A stretch of DNA of 64,000 bases. Origin: Thermoplasmatota archaeon. Its GTDB lineage: Archaea; Thermoplasmatota; E2; JACPAO01; JAHFTW01. The notes below the pieces were generated by a model. The model made no database searches. It saw nothing but the letters and a program-made list of their open reading frames with translations, and was not told the DNA's origin. The stretch's first letter is position 1, and each line of letters starts with the position of its first letter. Both the position numbers and the translations under genes were made by a program. This document shows, piece by piece, positions 39,829 through 49,744 of this stretch. Location: positions 74,073 to 138,072 of the forward strand of contig JBBSVM010000003.1 of the NCBI GenBank assembly GCA_038046785.1. Reading direction: 5' to 3'.

Positions 39829-41946
39829 ATGCGCGTCTCCTGGCCGCCTCGGCGGCGACTCGTTGCTTCCCTCTTTCTTGCCTTTGGATTGACAGTTGTC
39901 TCGTTGGCTGCCGCATCGGGGGGACAAGACGATGCCGAGCCGTTGCCAAGCCGCATCCAACTTCCGCTGCCCAATGGCGGCGACAGCGCCCGCTACGAGG
40001 AGCGTCTCGACGGTGAATCAACCGGCTTCTTTACCCAGAACTGGGGCGAAGAGGTGCCCCTCGCCGACGGCCAGGGCGTTTGGCACCGCACCCACCATGT
40101 TTCCTCGCGCTCCGAGACCGAAGCAGAGACGGACGGCTCGCTGGCGTCGAAGCTCTCCCTTGCCGTTGCCCGACTCGTCAGTGATGCTCACTGGCTGGAT
40201 GGGGAGACGTTGGAGATTCTGGCGGAGTCCACCGGAGGCGGCGGGCAGGCGTCGTCCAGCTCCAGCGCGCTTCCACTTGTTGGATCGAGTGAAAGCCAGA
40301 GCAGCGTGACCATCCGGTACGATTTTGACGCACAGCATTCCTGCTTCCTGCTTCCGAAGCTCTGGGCCGGCATCGACCTGGAGGAAGCCGTTCAAATCAT
40401 TGATTGCGGGAACGAGGAGCAGCTGCTTCGCGCCGTTGCCTGGGAGGATGTGCGCGGGGTGCGGGCGCTTCGCTTGGACCTTGAAACACCCGGCGGGGAC
40501 CGAGCGCCGCGCTCCTTCTGGGTCCATCCCGACTTGCCCTTCTATGTCAAAACGGCAAGGACGAGCGACGGGGAACTCAAAGAGACCGTGCTCGTCGGCG
40601 TGGAGCGGGGCGAGAAACCTTGGTTGGAGAACGCTCCTCTGCCGACGCTGCCTGTCCCGCCCGCCCACCTGGCGAAGCGCGAAGTGTGGGGTCCCTCCGA
40701 GGCGGGCATCGAACACCCTTTCCCGCTTTCCTCCGCCTGGGTTGTGGCACGCGATCACGCGACCTACGACGGTTTGCGCACCTTCCTTGGGGAGCACCCG
40801 GAGGCGCGTGTCTGCCGCGCCAACTACGACCAACGAACCGAAGGGGAACGGGTGAGCCGTTCCTGGATGTTCCTTGTCGTCGCAGAGAACGGGGATTCCA
40901 TCCACCTGATTGCCCAACGCACCGTTGCGCCCGTTGGCTACGATGCCTTCGCATTGCTTGGCCTGGACGCACCCACTCCCGAGCAGGCAATGGATGACGT
41001 CGTCGAGCTGGATGCGTTCGCCGCAGAGAGCTGCCCGCGACCCTCAGAGATGGCATCGCAGCTGCCCAGCGTGGCAAGCGGCTGGGCGTCCTGGAAAGCG
41101 TTCACGCGCAACACAGAGGACCCCAACAGCTGGTCCTTCAACATCGACCGCGACAGCGGATTCTATCTGACCGTCGGGCAGACCGGATTCTCCCGGCCGG
41201 CCGAGAGCCCGCTGCGACCCTCCAACACGCAAGGCACTTTCCAGTCCCAGCACCTGACGTTCGATGCGTCGGGGCAAATCTCCAGCTTCGGCATCGAAGA
41301 GGGGGTTTTCGCCTCATCCACCGGGGGGTTCCAGGCCGCCGTCGTCAGCGAACAGGAGACCCCGCCCGTCCTCGCCCTCGCCGGTTTGAGCCTGCCCTCG
41401 GCCCCCGCGGCGGCTGGATTTGGCCTGCTCTCGCTTCTGGTCGCCTTGGGCTACTACCTGCTTCCGGTCCTGAAAGGGGGCGCCGTTGGCCTCTTCAGCC
41501 GCGTGCAGGAAAGCGCCCTGTTGGAGCACCCGGCGCGGCGGCGAATCGTCGATGCCGTCCACGCGCAGCCCGGCATTCACTTCCAGGAATTGGTGCGAGC
41601 CCTCGGCTCCGGCCAAGGCGCAACAGAACACCATGTCCGGAAACTCGTGGCGGCGGGCCTGCTCGTGCGCAAAGCCGGACCTGGATTCACTTGCTACTTC
41701 GCACCCGGCCAGCGCGACCTTCACGCGGCGGCTCCAGCGCTCAAAGCTCCAGCAGCGCGCCGCCTTCTCGAAGCCGTGCGGGAAACCCCTGGCCTGTACG
41801 GAACTCAGGCTGCACTGCATCTCGGACTGGATGCTTCCACGGTCAGCTACCACGCCAAGCGCCTGGAAGATGCGGGGCTCATCTCGATGGAGAAGCAAGG
41901 TCGATTGGTTCTCTTGCGACCGACGCAGGTCAACGTTCAAGTTTGA
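39829..41946 (+). CDS. membrane-anchored tandem-wHTH regulator paralog 2
   Basis: Collinear similarity to 33983–36253: GIEHPFPLSSAWVVARDHATYDGLRTFLGEHPEA, LFSRVQESALLEHPARRRIVDAVHAQPGIHFQELVRALGSGQGATEHHVRKLVAAG, ...STVSYHAKRLEDAGLI. TATA-like cctatatgcc ~25 nt upstream. Confidence 0.6.
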   Translation: MRVSWPPRRRLVASLFLAFGLTVVSLAAASGGQDDAEPLPSRIQLPLPNGGDSARYEERLDGESTGFFTQNWGEEVPLADGQGVWHRTHHVSSRSETEAETDGSLASKLSLAVARLVSDAHWLDGETLEILAESTGGGGQASSSSSALPLVGSSESQSSVTIRYDFDAQHSCFLLPKLWAGIDLEEAVQIIDCGNEEQLLRAVAWEDVRGVRALRLDLETPGGDRAPRSFWVHPDLPFYVKTARTSDGELKETVLVGVERGEKPWLENAPLPTLPVPPAHLAKREVWGPSEAGIEHPFPLSSAWVVARDHATYDGLRTFLGEHPEARVCRANYDQRTEGERVSRSWMFLVVAENGDSIHLIAQRTVAPVGYDAFALLGLDAPTPEQAMDDVVELDAFAAESCPRPSEMASQLPSVASGWASWKAFTRNTEDPNSWSFNIDRDSGFYLTVGQTGFSRPAESPLRPSNTQGTFQSQHLTFDASGQISSFGIEEGVFASSTGGFQAAVVSEQETPPVLALAGLSLPSAPAAAGFGLLSLLVALGYYLLPVLKGGAVGLFSRVQESALLEHPARRRIVDAVHAQPGIHFQELVRALGSGQGATEHHVRKLVAAGLLVRKAGPGFTCYFAPGQRDLHAAAPALKAPAARRLLEAVRETPGLYGTQAALHLGLDASTVSYHAKRLEDAGLISMEKQGRLVLLRPTQVNVQV

Positions 41947-42112
41947 CCGCGTTGCGCAGCTTGCTGAGCACCTGATCCCCCGCCGCCAGTTTACAGCGCA
42001 CATCGCGTCCCGTAACAGCCGACCAATGAATCGTGTGGCGAGCGGCGGCGGGTAGTCTTCTTAGGCCTCGGAGGGAACTCCTCGAAAGAGGGCCCTTCCT
42101 ACGGGGGTTCAC
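41930..42112 (-). pseudogene. relic of the C-terminal end of an FAH-family gene
   Basis: Encodes ...SAVTGRDVRCKLAAGDQVLSKLRNAVKLER*, against the intact FAH C-terminus ...LVAGRDVRCEIAGVATLRNPVVSE*. An identical 18–24 nt core, cgggacgcgatgtgcgctgt, is shared. Confidence 0.4.
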
Positions 42113-42171
42113 TGAAGATAATTCGAAGGGTCAACCAATCGCTTCATGAACTGAACAGTTTTGTCCATTCT

Positions 42172-42981
42172 GTGGCGGTTCGTGCGGCGCTTGGCATCAC
42201 CGTGGTGCTCCTCCTTTCCGGTTGTTCGTCCTCCCCTGAACCGGTCGCCCTCGCCACCGCCCCGGAGACCGGCTGCATCCGCTTCATCGTGGTGGACGCG
42301 GGCATTCGACCGTTGCCGGGCGTCACTCTGACATTCGTGAACCCGGAGCGCGACGTGACGACCGACGCCGAGGGCCGCGTTGACCTTTGCGATCTGGCGC
42401 CCGGTGCCTATTTCGTCGTCGCCAACCGGACCGGCTATGACATCGCGCAGCGCCTGATTCAGGTCGAGGCCAACGTCCAGCAGACCGTCACCTTCACCCT
42501 CGACGCCAACCCCGGCCTCCTGGCGTACCACCAGACCCTGCCGTTCCGTGGGTATGCGGAGGTCGCTGCTGGGCTTGCGACGCCCGTGGTGGATCCGCTG
42601 CTTGCCCAGGCGGGGTTGGCGGCCTGCACCTGCCGCTTCATGGTCACCCCCGACCGCGCCGTCGTCGCCATCACCCTGGAGGCGACCTGGACGGACAGCG
42701 TCGCCGACCCCACCGGGCCGACGGAGTACCTCTACCGCGTCGTCGCCCAGGGCGTCAACGGGACCGCCTCCGGCCAGATGGCCAATCCGCTTGTGAAGCC
42801 CCTCAACCGGCTCGATTTCGCCGACCCGGCGTTCTCGTTTTCCGATGCGCAGGGGTTCGAGGTCTCCCTGTTTCCCGACGCGGTCTGGCCCGCGGCGGGC
42901 CAATCGTTCGACCTCTTCGTCACGCTCTGGTACGGCACCCCGCCGCCGCCAGGCTGGAGTTTCTTGGGGGGATCTCGATGA
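42172..42981 (+). CDS. exported lipoprotein, CarbopepD_reg family paralog
   Basis: Lipobox LLLSGCSS. GCIRFIVVDAGIRPLPGVTLTFVNPERDVTTDAEGRVDLCDLAPGAYFVVANRTGY. C-terminal PPPGWSF. Confidence 0.7.
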   Translation: MAVRAALGITVVLLLSGCSSSPEPVALATAPETGCIRFIVVDAGIRPLPGVTLTFVNPERDVTTDAEGRVDLCDLAPGAYFVVANRTGYDIAQRLIQVEANVQQTVTFTLDANPGLLAYHQTLPFRGYAEVAAGLATPVVDPLLAQAGLAACTCRFMVTPDRAVVAITLEATWTDSVADPTGPTEYLYRVVAQGVNGTASGQMANPLVKPLNRLDFADPAFSFSDAQGFEVSLFPDAVWPAAGQSFDLFVTLWYGTPPPPGWSFLGGSR

Positions 42982-44261
42982 ACCGCGCTCTGATTCTGGT
43001 CGCCTGCCTTCTCGCCGCCTCCGTTCTTGGAGGGTGTGCCGCAAAGTCCGAGGAGTCCACCTCCTCTGCACCGCCCGCCTCGAACGTGCAGGAGCTCGTC
43101 CTGCAGGCACCGCCCGTCCCCACGAACGGGAGCCTCGAAGTCGGACTCTCCACCGTCTTCCGGCTGGATGCTGCTTCGGCGCCGGGGGGCGCATTGACGT
43201 CGTTCCTCCTCACCATCCCTGCCGGGGCCGTCTTCGAGGAGGAGATCTTCCCCGGGTTCACCTTGGAGCGTCTGGCATTGGGTTTCCTTCCTCTGAACAG
43301 CACACCCGCTCCGGAAACGCTCGAATCGTTCTCCATCTTTGTGTTCCGCGTCGATGAGACCAACGCCGATTTGGTCTCCGCCTACATCCGGCCGCACTTC
43401 ACCGGCTCGAGCGGAATCGGACCTTTGCAGACTCCCATCGACGAGGCCCCATCGCTCGCGGGCGATTACGTCCATCTGCCAAACAACCTCGACGAAGGCA
43501 CGCGCATCGCCGTCGTCGTCGCCATCGATGGCGCCGCAGCCCCCGTCTCCCTTCTGCTCCGCTTCATGGACCGGGAAATCGGGTTTGGAGAGGACCCCCC
43601 GACGACCGTTTCCGATCTGGTGGGCCCCAATGATGGACTGGTCAGTCTCCCTCCGTTTGCCACCGGCACCGGCGTCCAATATGCCGCCTATTCCCAAATC
43701 ACGGCGCTGTTTGCAATCACCGGCGAGGTGCAGAGCGGACCGGTCAACATTCAGGACGCTCTGCCGCGCCAGGACATCGGCGCCACGGTGCGCGACGCCA
43801 TCATCTCGGCACCTGGACCGGACCGGGGCTACTCCTACGCGACAGGGTTGTATTTTGGCTACGAAGCGCACGGCCTGTGGTCCGTCGAAGGCAATCTGCA
43901 TGGGACGCCCGTGGAGGCGCGCTCCATCATCGCCCAGGACTTTGCCCCGCCCACGGTCGGCATCATTGGAATCCTGCTGTTCGGACTCCCCGCCTACGTC
44001 TACATCGGGGAAGGATCGGGGGCCAGCGACGCCGCATTCCACGTCCAGGTCGCGAACGTGAACGAGTTCCAGCTTTTTTCCTACGCCAAGCTTGACCTCG
44101 GGGCGACCCTCCTCGAACTAACGGGGAAACCTGGGCTCACCGGTGGGTCTGCGTTCACGGGATTGGCGGGCAACGTGCCGCCCTCGTTCCTCCATCGTGC
44201 CGGCGACCAGCTCATCCAGTTCACCGAGGGCCGATTCCTCTCGACGCCGCTGCCGGTGTGA
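42978..44261 (+). CDS. hypothetical exported lipoprotein
   Basis: MNRALILVACLLAASVLGGCAAK. Start overlaps the upstream stop (ATGA). Confidence 0.6.
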   Translation: MNRALILVACLLAASVLGGCAAKSEESTSSAPPASNVQELVLQAPPVPTNGSLEVGLSTVFRLDAASAPGGALTSFLLTIPAGAVFEEEIFPGFTLERLALGFLPLNSTPAPETLESFSIFVFRVDETNADLVSAYIRPHFTGSSGIGPLQTPIDEAPSLAGDYVHLPNNLDEGTRIAVVVAIDGAAAPVSLLLRFMDREIGFGEDPPTTVSDLVGPNDGLVSLPPFATGTGVQYAAYSQITALFAITGEVQSGPVNIQDALPRQDIGATVRDAIISAPGPDRGYSYATGLYFGYEAHGLWSVEGNLHGTPVEARSIIAQDFAPPTVGIIGILLFGLPAYVYIGEGSGASDAAFHVQVANVNEFQLFSYAKLDLGATLLELTGKPGLTGGSAFTGLAGNVPPSFLHRAGDQLIQFTEGRFLSTPLPV

Positions 44262-44281
44262 TGTCGCAGTCGGCGAACAGC

Positions 44282-44896
44282 CTATTCGCTAACGACGGGA
44301 TTCCGCAACGTCGCAACACCCGCAATCTCACAGCGCACATCGCGTCCCGCAACCAGCGGCCCGATGCCGGCGGGCGTCCCGGTGAGCAGGATGTCGCCTG
44401 GCTCCAAAGTTGTCCAGGCGGAGGCGTGAGCGAGCAGGTCGGCGACGCCCCAACTCATGTCGCGCGTCGTTGCGTCCTGACGCAGTTCATCGCCCACCCA
44501 GAGGCGCAACCGGAGGTCCTGCAGGTCGCGGCCGTCGTAGGGAACCCACGCTCCAAGGGGAAGGAAACCGTCGTAGCCCTTTGCTTGCGCCCAGGGGGTG
44601 CCGTTCTTTTTGGCGGCGTCCTGCAGTTCGCGCGCGGTGAGGTCGTTGGCGACGGTGATATCGGCAACGGCAGCGAGTGTTTCACGGCCCGTTGCGCGGC
44701 GCAAACGGTGGCCCAGCCGAACCGCGAGCTCGACTTCATGGTGGACCGCTCCGATGCCAGCGGGGAGGGTAATGGGTTCGCCGTCGCCCAACAGGCAACT
44801 CTCCGGCTTCCAGAACCAGAGCGGGGCAGGAGGCATCGGATTGCCCAGTTCGCGGGCGTGGCTCGCGTAGTTGCGCGCCACACAGAGGATTTTCAT
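44282..44896 (-). CDS. fumarylacetoacetate hydrolase (FAH) family protein
   Basis: MKILCVARNYASHARELGNPMP...WFWKPES...GDILLTGTPAGIG. Confidence 0.85.
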   Translation of the reverse strand: MKILCVARNYASHARELGNPMPPAPLWFWKPESCLLGDGEPITLPAGIGAVHHEVELAVRLGHRLRRATGRETLAAVADITVANDLTARELQDAAKKNGTPWAQAKGYDGFLPLGAWVPYDGRDLQDLRLRLWVGDELRQDATTRDMSWGVADLLAHASAWTTLEPGDILLTGTPAGIGPLVAGRDVRCEIAGVATLRNPVVSE

Positions 44897-45684
44897 GCGC
44901 TGCCCGCCACGAACGACCAGCCGTCGGGGGCTGGCTCGCGGTAGAAGATGGTGAGGAACTGCGTGAAGCGCACCTCCGATTCCACGCCGAAGTCTGGGCC
45001 GTCCTGGCGGTAATACACCTCGCTGCCCTGGCTGTAGTCGGAGGCGGCACGGTGGACGAGGATTGGGCTGGTGGCGTAGCCCGTCTCATACATCCCATCG
45101 CCATCCGTCTGTCCGAGAATCCAGTACCAAGGGTCGTTGGTTGGGTTGCCAGCGCCCTCGGTCCAGAGCGCCTCGACGACGAAGGTGCGGGCGTCGGGGT
45201 CTGGGGTGGCAAGCAGGATGCAGTTGCACAGTCCGCTCGGGGCGAACTCCTCGACGACGAACTGGCCGATGCCGCCCCACGCCTGCATGAACGCTTCATG
45301 CTTGATGGTGCGGTGGTAAGGTTGCGGGCTCAAGTCCGCGGGAAGGGCGAGGCGGATGTCGTGCGCGCCGTCGGCGACGACGTCCACGCTGGTTTGCGCT
45401 TCCAGGTAGAGCGGGGCGGAGGCGGAGACGAAGTAGGTGCCAGGCTCCAGGTCGCAGAAGGTGAAGAGGCCGTCCGCGTCGCCCGTCATGTTGCGGGTTC
45501 CTGGAGTGAGCCGCACTTGGACGCCTGCGATGGGGCGGATGCCCTCGTCCACCACGACGCCGCGGATGCACCCAAGGCCGGGCCGGCTCACCGGCGAGTC
45601 CTCGTCGAACCCAGGCGAAGTGGTGGAGTCGCCAGCGCAGCCGGCCAGCACGAGGGCCAGGAGGGCAAAGAGCTGGACGCGCAT
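44893..45684 (-). CDS. exported lipoprotein, CarbopepD_reg family paralog
   Basis: MRVQLFALLALVLAGCAG. GCIRGVVVDEGIRPIAGVQVRLTPGTRNMTGDADGLFTFCDLEPGTYFVSASAPLY. C-terminal PAPDGWSFVAGSA. Confidence 0.65.
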   Translation of the reverse strand: MRVQLFALLALVLAGCAGDSTTSPGFDEDSPVSRPGLGCIRGVVVDEGIRPIAGVQVRLTPGTRNMTGDADGLFTFCDLEPGTYFVSASAPLYLEAQTSVDVVADGAHDIRLALPADLSPQPYHRTIKHEAFMQAWGGIGQFVVEEFAPSGLCNCILLATPDPDARTFVVEALWTEGAGNPTNDPWYWILGQTDGDGMYETGYATSPILVHRAASDYSQGSEVYYRQDGPDFGVESEVRFTQFLTIFYREPAPDGWSFVAGSA

Positions 45685-45710
45685 GGCGGCCGATGTCGGC
45701 AGGAGGCTCA

Positions 45711-46505
45711 TCAAGGTTGGGGCGACGGGCGCGGGCCAATCCAGGAGACCAGCAGCGCCCGGATGTCGTCGGGGAAGTCCGCCTTGTCGCGCATCCAGGA
45801 GAGGTAGTCCTTGGTCTCCTTGGAGGCGAAGATGGCTTGGCCGCGGAACTTGCCGAAATTGTAGAAGATGGTTCCCGCGGCGTCGGCATAGAACTTGCGG
45901 CCGTGGTCGAGCCAGGTCCGGTCGGCGCGTTCCGGATTGCGGCGGCGTTCCAGGTTGGCAACAATGAGCTCTTCCAGGTCGGCGGGCAGCTTCGCGGCGT
46001 GGGTGGCGCGCTGGGCGCGCAGCACGGCAACGCACGCCTCGGTGTCGGCCTGGCTGCGGTGCGCGCCGTCGAACGGCTTGCCGTGGTAGCGCTCGTACGT
46101 TGCGGCCAGACCGTGCGAGTTGACGGTGGATTCGACGCGCTGCGTGTCGATGCAGGGATGATTGGGGCGCAGGCCGGGCTGGCCAGCGCGCACCAGCTCC
46201 CGGCTCAGGATTTCCAGGTCGTACTTGTGGTTGTGCGCCACCAGGACCGCTTCCTGGACGATGGCCTGGATGCGCGGCGCGAGGGCAGCGAAGGCGGGCT
46301 TGCCGCGCACCATCTCGTCGGTGATGCCATGCACGCGGGTGGTCTCGGGCGGAATCGCCATTTGCGGGTCCACCAGCTCGCTCCAGCGCGACAGTTCGCG
46401 CAGCCCGGGGTCGGCGGCGTCCAGCTCGATGAAGCAGAACTCGACGATGCGCGCCGTGTTGCCGTCGAGACCGGTGGTCTCGAGGTCGAAGGCGAAGAGC
46501 TGCAC
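45711..46505 (-). CDS. DEDDh 3'-5' exonuclease (DnaQ-like) with a C-terminal extension
   Basis: Exo I FAFDLETTGL, Exo II HNHKYDLEIL, Exo III HRSQADTEA. The start is taken at the internal GTG (MQLFAFDLE...), because the listed N-terminal 66 aa are S/P/T/R-rich low complexity overlapping the upstream gene. Confidence 0.65.
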   Translation of the reverse strand: MQLFAFDLETTGLDGNTARIVEFCFIELDAADPGLRELSRWSELVDPQMAIPPETTRVHGITDEMVRGKPAFAALAPRIQAIVQEAVLVAHNHKYDLEILSRELVRAGQPGLRPNHPCIDTQRVESTVNSHGLAATYERYHGKPFDGAHRSQADTEACVAVLRAQRATHAAKLPADLEELIVANLERRRNPERADRTWLDHGRKFYADAAGTIFYNFGKFRGQAIFASKETKDYLSWMRDKADFPDDIRALLVSWIGPRPSPQP

Positions 46506-46545
46506 GCGCTGGCGAGTCCCCCAGGGGCCAAAACGGCGCCGGTCC

Positions 46546-47376
46546 TCAGGGCTCGGCTGCTTCGGCGAGGGCGCTGTAGCCGTCAGGGGCCGGGGAGTGG
46601 TAGAACGCGGTGGCGTAGACGGTGAACGGGATGCCGAACTCCGGGAGAAGCGCGCTCTCGGGTTGGACGTGCAGTCCGCCCCAAGTCGGGGCACCCAACT
46701 CATCCGCCGAGAGCTGGACCATCATCGGGTTCGGCTCGGCACCAGAGAAACCGGTGGTGGCGTTGTCGCCCGCATCGGTCCAAAGATCCCAGTAGAAGCC
46801 GTGGCTCCCCCCGAGGGTGTTGTTCTCGTCAAGGACCGCCTCCAGGACCAGGCTGTCGAGCCCTTCGGCGAACTCGAGTTCGAAATCGCAGGCGCAGAAC
46901 GGCCCGAACACGATTGGATTGGTCATCTCACTGTAGCCGTCGAACCGGTAGAGCTGCGTGTAGGGCGTAGGGCCCGCGGGCTCCAGCACCATGGCGGGTC
47001 GAACGATGAGGCCGCGCACCACTTCGACGATTTGGGAGGTCGAGAGGAACTCCTCGGCCGCGGCTTCCAGGGTGTAGGTGCCGGGGGCGACATCGAGGAG
47101 GATGAAGCTGCCGTCGCCGCTGCTCAGGGCGGTCCGATTGAGGCTGGCGAGCCGCAAGGTGGCGGCACCGACCGGGTTGCCGTCGGCGTCCCGCACGGTT
47201 CCAGAGATGTGGCCAAACCGGGCGTTCTCTTCCTCAAAGCGCTCGACCGCATCGGCCGCCTGCCGCACATTCTCTTCGGTGATGCCGGAGGCTTCGGCAG
47301 CCGCCCCTTCGAGGGGCTTCAGGCAGCCGGAGAACAGGACGAAAGCAAGACTTGCCACCACAAGCGCGAAGCGCAT
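46546..47376 (-). CDS. exported lipoprotein, CarbopepD_reg family paralog
   Basis: MRFALVVASLAFVLFSGC. GTVRDADGNPVGAATLRLASLNRTALSSGDGSFILLDVAPGTYTLEAAAEEF. C-terminal PAPDGYSALA. Confidence 0.7.
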   Translation of the reverse strand: MRFALVVASLAFVLFSGCLKPLEGAAAEASGITEENVRQAADAVERFEEENARFGHISGTVRDADGNPVGAATLRLASLNRTALSSGDGSFILLDVAPGTYTLEAAAEEFLSTSQIVEVVRGLIVRPAMVLEPAGPTPYTQLYRFDGYSEMTNPIVFGPFCACDFELEFAEGLDSLVLEAVLDENNTLGGSHGFYWDLWTDAGDNATTGFSGAEPNPMMVQLSADELGAPTWGGLHVQPESALLPEFGIPFTVYATAFYHSPAPDGYSALAEAAEP

Positions 47377-47432
47377 GCGTCAAGCATCGACCGGGCATTC
47401 ATAAGCAACTTAGATGGTTCGTTGAATCGTCC

Positions 47433-49721
47433 CTATTTGCCGCTGCGCAGAAGATTGAGTGCGCTTCCAGCCCGGAACCATGCGATCTGGTCGGCGCTGA
47501 AGCTGTGCTTGGCCGCAAACGATTCGGTCTTGCCATCCTTGTGGTGCAAGGTGACGGTGAGCGGCTTGCCGGGGGCGAGCGTGGCGAGGCCTGTGATGTC
47601 GATGCGGTCCTCTTCCTGCACCTTGTCGTAGTCGGCCGGGTTGGCGAACGTCAAGGGCAGCAGTCCCTGTTTCTTCAGGTTGGTCTCGTGGATGCGGGCG
47701 AAGCTGCGAACCAGGACAGCGATGCCGCCGAGGTGGCGCGGCTCCATGGCGGCATGCTCACGCGACGAGCCTTCGCCGTAGTTCTGGTCGCCGACGACGA
47801 CCCATTGGATGCCCTTCGCCTTGTAGTTGCGCGCCACTTCGTGGTAGAGCTTGGTCTTGCCGTCGAGCAAGTCCTTGCCGCCGCCGGCGGACCCGGTGAA
47901 GGCGTTAATGGCGCCGAGGAACATGTTGTCCGAGAGGTTCTCCAGGTGGCCGCGGAACTTGAGCCAGGGTCCGGCGGGGCTGATGTGGTCCGTCGTGCAC
48001 TTGCCCTTCGCCTTGAGCAGCAGCGGCGCGCCAAGAATCTCCTTGCCGTTCCACGCTGCGAACGGAGTGAGGAGCTGGAGGCGCTTTGAGGTCGGACTGA
48101 CGCTGACGGTCACGCCCCCGCGCGGGGCGACGTAGCCGTCGGGGTCCGGGACGAAGCCCTTGGCGGGGACCTCGGGCGCCTGCGCTGGCGCCTTGAGCTT
48201 GAAGCGCTTGCCGTCGGCGCCGACCAGGTCGTCCTTCGTGGGGTCAAAGTCGAGCTTGCCCGAGAGCGCGTAGCCGATGACAATCTCCGGGCTGCCGATG
48301 AAGCAGAGCGTGTGGGCGGAGCCGTCGTTGCGCTTCGGGAAGTTGCGGTTGTACGACGTCACGATGGTGTTCTGCTTGGCCACCGCGTTGGCGGGGCGAT
48401 TCCACTGGCCGATGCAGGGGCCGCAGGCGTTGGCGAGAACGGTGGCGCCCGCCTCCATCATGGCTTTCATCTGGCCGTCGCGCTGGATGGTGAGGTGCAC
48501 CTGCTCCGAGCCGGGGGTGACGAGGAAGGGCACCTGGACTTTGAGGCCGTGCGCAGCCGCCTGGCGGGCGACGTCGGCGACGCGCTCCATGTCCTCGTAA
48601 CTGGAGTTGGTGCAGGAGCCCACGAGGGCGGAGGAGATGTCGTTGGGGTAGTTCTCCTTCGCGACGGCGGCCTTCACGGCGCTCACCGGGCGGGCGAGGT
48701 CCGGCGTGTGCGGACCAACGAGGTGCGGCTCGAGCGTCGAGAGGTCAATCTCGACGACCTGGTCGAAGAATTTCTTGGGGTCGCGCGCGACCTCGGGGTC
48801 AGCGACCAGCAGCTCGGCGTGCGCTTTGGCGGCGAGGGGAACGAGCGCCGCGCGCGCCGTCGACTCGAGGTAGCGGTCCATGCGGGCGTCGTGCGGGAAA
48901 ACGCTGGTCGTGGCGCCCAGTTCCGCGCCCATGTTGCAGATGGTCGCCTTGCCGGTGGCGCTGATGCTGGCGCAGCCGTCGCCGAAGTATTCGATGACGG
49001 CGTTCGTGCCGCCCGCGACGGTGAGGATGCCGCACAGCTTCAGGATGACGTCCTTGGGCGCGGTCCAACCGCTCAGCTTGCCCTTGAGGTGGACGCCGAT
49101 GAGTTTGGGGTGCAGGACCTCCCAAGGGTAGCCAGCCATGACGTCCACGGCGTCAGCCCCTCCGACGCCGGAGGCGAACATGCCGAGGCCGCCGCCGTTC
49201 GGGGTGTGCGAGTCGGTGCCGATGACCATCTGGCCGGGGAAAGCGTACTGCTCGAGGACGACCTGGTGAATGATGCCGGCGCCGGGCTTCCAGAAGCCAA
49301 GGCCGCACGCCGCGGAGGCGCTGCGCAGGAAGTCGTACACTTCTTTGTTGTCCTGGTTCGCCTTGAGCAGGTCGGCGGAGGCGCCCACTTCGGCGGCGAT
49401 GAGGTGGTCGCAGTGCACCGTCGTCGGCACCGCCGTCGCGGGCTTGCCCGTCGTGAGGAATTGCAGAATCGCCATCTGCGCGGTGGCGTCCTGCATCGTG
49501 ATGCGGTCGGGGCGCAAGTCGAGGTAGCTGGTGCCGCGGTTGAGCTCGGCGCCGGACGGGTTGTCGAGGTGGCTGTAGAGCAGCTTCTCGGCGAGGGTGA
49601 GCGGGCGGTTGAGGCGGCGGCGCACGACGGCGAGGCGCTTGGCCATCGCGTCGTAGGTGGACTGGACGAAGGCGGGCGTGGAGGCGAGCGGGTCGGCCGC
49701 GACGGTCACAGATTGCGCCAT
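47433..49721 (-). CDS. acn: aconitate hydratase (mitochondrial-type aconitase A family)
   Basis: 762 aa. CDHLIAAE. Cysteine ligands in GSCTNSSYEDM and ANACGPCIGQWNR. Confidence 0.95.
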   Translation of the reverse strand: MAQSVTVAADPLASTPAFVQSTYDAMAKRLAVVRRRLNRPLTLAEKLLYSHLDNPSGAELNRGTSYLDLRPDRITMQDATAQMAILQFLTTGKPATAVPTTVHCDHLIAAEVGASADLLKANQDNKEVYDFLRSASAACGLGFWKPGAGIIHQVVLEQYAFPGQMVIGTDSHTPNGGGLGMFASGVGGADAVDVMAGYPWEVLHPKLIGVHLKGKLSGWTAPKDVILKLCGILTVAGGTNAVIEYFGDGCASISATGKATICNMGAELGATTSVFPHDARMDRYLESTARAALVPLAAKAHAELLVADPEVARDPKKFFDQVVEIDLSTLEPHLVGPHTPDLARPVSAVKAAVAKENYPNDISSALVGSCTNSSYEDMERVADVARQAAAHGLKVQVPFLVTPGSEQVHLTIQRDGQMKAMMEAGATVLANACGPCIGQWNRPANAVAKQNTIVTSYNRNFPKRNDGSAHTLCFIGSPEIVIGYALSGKLDFDPTKDDLVGADGKRFKLKAPAQAPEVPAKGFVPDPDGYVAPRGGVTVSVSPTSKRLQLLTPFAAWNGKEILGAPLLLKAKGKCTTDHISPAGPWLKFRGHLENLSDNMFLGAINAFTGSAGGGKDLLDGKTKLYHEVARNYKAKGIQWVVVGDQNYGEGSSREHAAMEPRHLGGIAVLVRSFARIHETNLKKQGLLPLTFANPADYDKVQEEDRIDITGLATLAPGKPLTVTLHHKDGKTESFAAKHSFSADQIAWFRAGSALNLLRSGK

Positions 49722-49744
49722 GGTTTCTGCCTGCGTTCAGGTGG

